DNA of 64,000 nucleotides, taken from positions 16,432 through 80,431 of IMG/VR virus record IMGVR_UViG_3300050343_000177. One strand, 5' to 3'. A program made the translations under genes and the position numbers. The DNA is from a virus. The notes under the pieces were generated by a model. That model was not told the DNA's origin, did no database searches, and was given only the letters and a program-made list of their open reading frames with translations. Positions 63,063-64,000 of the stretch are shown piece after piece; positions within the stretch are counted from its first letter, which is position 1, and every line of letters begins with the position of its first letter.

Positions 63063-63563
63063 ATGCCTGCACCAAAAGGTGACCCCTGTTATATCAAAAA
63101 TAAAGATAGATACTTTATGAGTATCGCAACTGCAATCGCCCGTGGCTCAACGCATCCGATCGTTCCTGGTGGCTGTGTCTTGATCCGTGATCGTGAAGTC
63201 ATTGGTGATGGACGCTCTGTCCTAGCTCAATCCAAAGTAGAAATTGATTGTATTACCTATGCCATTGCCACTTGCGCCAAACGAGGCACGCCCACCACCG
63301 GAGCTGTCATCTACAGCACCCGTTACCCATTCTCTGCATCTGTTTTTCAAGCTTACTTAATGGGTATACGTAGGTTTGTAGTTGCCGCTCACGAGTGGGA
63401 GCCTTACTATAAGGATGAGTTCAGACGTGCTGCACGTTTGGCAAGAGAGTTGTCTATAGCTATTGAACCACTGTTTGATGATGTAGACCAACGGTTTACA
63501 AAGAACCCACACGAACTTGATGAGTTCGATCCACAAGATAAAACTGATTTAGATAATGACTGA
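63063..63563 (+). CDS. dCMP deaminase-fold protein, zinc ligands apparently lost
   Basis: DRYFMSIA..IA..S...GCVLIRD..GAVIYST...GIRRFV; no HAE or PCxxC. Confidence 0.7.
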   Translation: MPAPKGDPCYIKNKDRYFMSIATAIARGSTHPIVPGGCVLIRDREVIGDGRSVLAQSKVEIDCITYAIATCAKRGTPTTGAVIYSTRYPFSASVFQAYLMGIRRFVVAAHEWEPYYKDEFRRAARLARELSIAIEPLFDDVDQRFTKNPHELDEFDPQDKTDLDND

Positions 63564-64000
63564 ACTACTATTTGACATAGAAAGCACGGGCTTACTCCGT
63601 GTCGGATCTACCATTCACTGCATCGTCATGCGTGACATGGATGATGTAGAAGAAGCACAGGTGTTTGATTACAAACCTGAACGCGCTGTGATTCAAGGTG
63701 TGAAACAATTAGAGAAGGCTGATGTATTAATTGGTCACAATATTATTTCCTATGACATCCCCTTACTCAAAGAACAGTTTCCAGACTTTACCTTTGGAGG
63801 TGAGGTGCTTGATACTCTTGTGCTCTCCCGTCTCTTTTATCCTCATATTGAAGATCGTGATTTTGAAAGACGCCCTCAAGGTATGCCGCAACGCCTTTAT
63901 GGACGCCATAGCCTCGAAGCCTGGGGACACCGATTAAAATGTTTCAAGGGTGACTATCGGTAAGCACGAAGCTGCTTGGGATAAATATTCACCTGAGATG
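63556..64000 (+). CDS. polA: Family A DNA polymerase, 3'-5' exonuclease domain (runs off window)
   Basis: LFDIESTG, IGHNIISYDIP, DTLVLSRL, HSLEAWGHRL (T7-like PolA exonuclease). Confidence 0.88.

Noticed and set aside
5688-64000. Frameshifts in capsid, sigma, portal, terL, exonuclease, primase-helicase and polA as programmed frameshifts or pseudogenes
   Set aside because: They are numerous, hit essential genes at random and lack consistent slippery sites; long-read indel error is far more likely.
1-64000. Alternative genetic code or stop-codon readthrough
   Set aside because: Gene breaks are frame changes rather than in-frame stops; long ORFs are intact under code 11.

Overview
This window is 64 kb of a tailed cyanophage genome (psbA, hli, group-2-like sigma-70, short class I RNR, PolA). 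It is neither T4-like nor classically T7-like. Many core genes carry single-base frameshifts, which look like long-read indel errors. Left arm (1-25.2 kb, mostly minus strand) is late/virion: N4-gp56-type major capsid protein interrupted by a group I intron, scaffold, portal, terminase, sigma factor and Ala/Gly-rich internal proteins. A non-coding strand switch at 26.2-26.9 kb has short repeats and DnaA-box-like 9-mers. It is followed by a plus-strand array of tiny genes, almost each preceded by the same element: a C/G-stem hairpin with a TNNC loop, a T-rich tract, then YGTG about 20 nt after the loop start (about 25 copies, with compensatory stem changes). This candidate hairpin-promoter or gene-cassette system is the most striking feature. 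The right arm holds tRNA-Asp, DUF932, RlpA, a divergent psbA, hli, IF-1, MazG-like, RNR, primase-helicase and PolA. Also present are about nine free-standing homing-endonuclease-type genes, three insertions flanked by short duplications, and three adjacent enzymes with apparently lost catalytic motifs.
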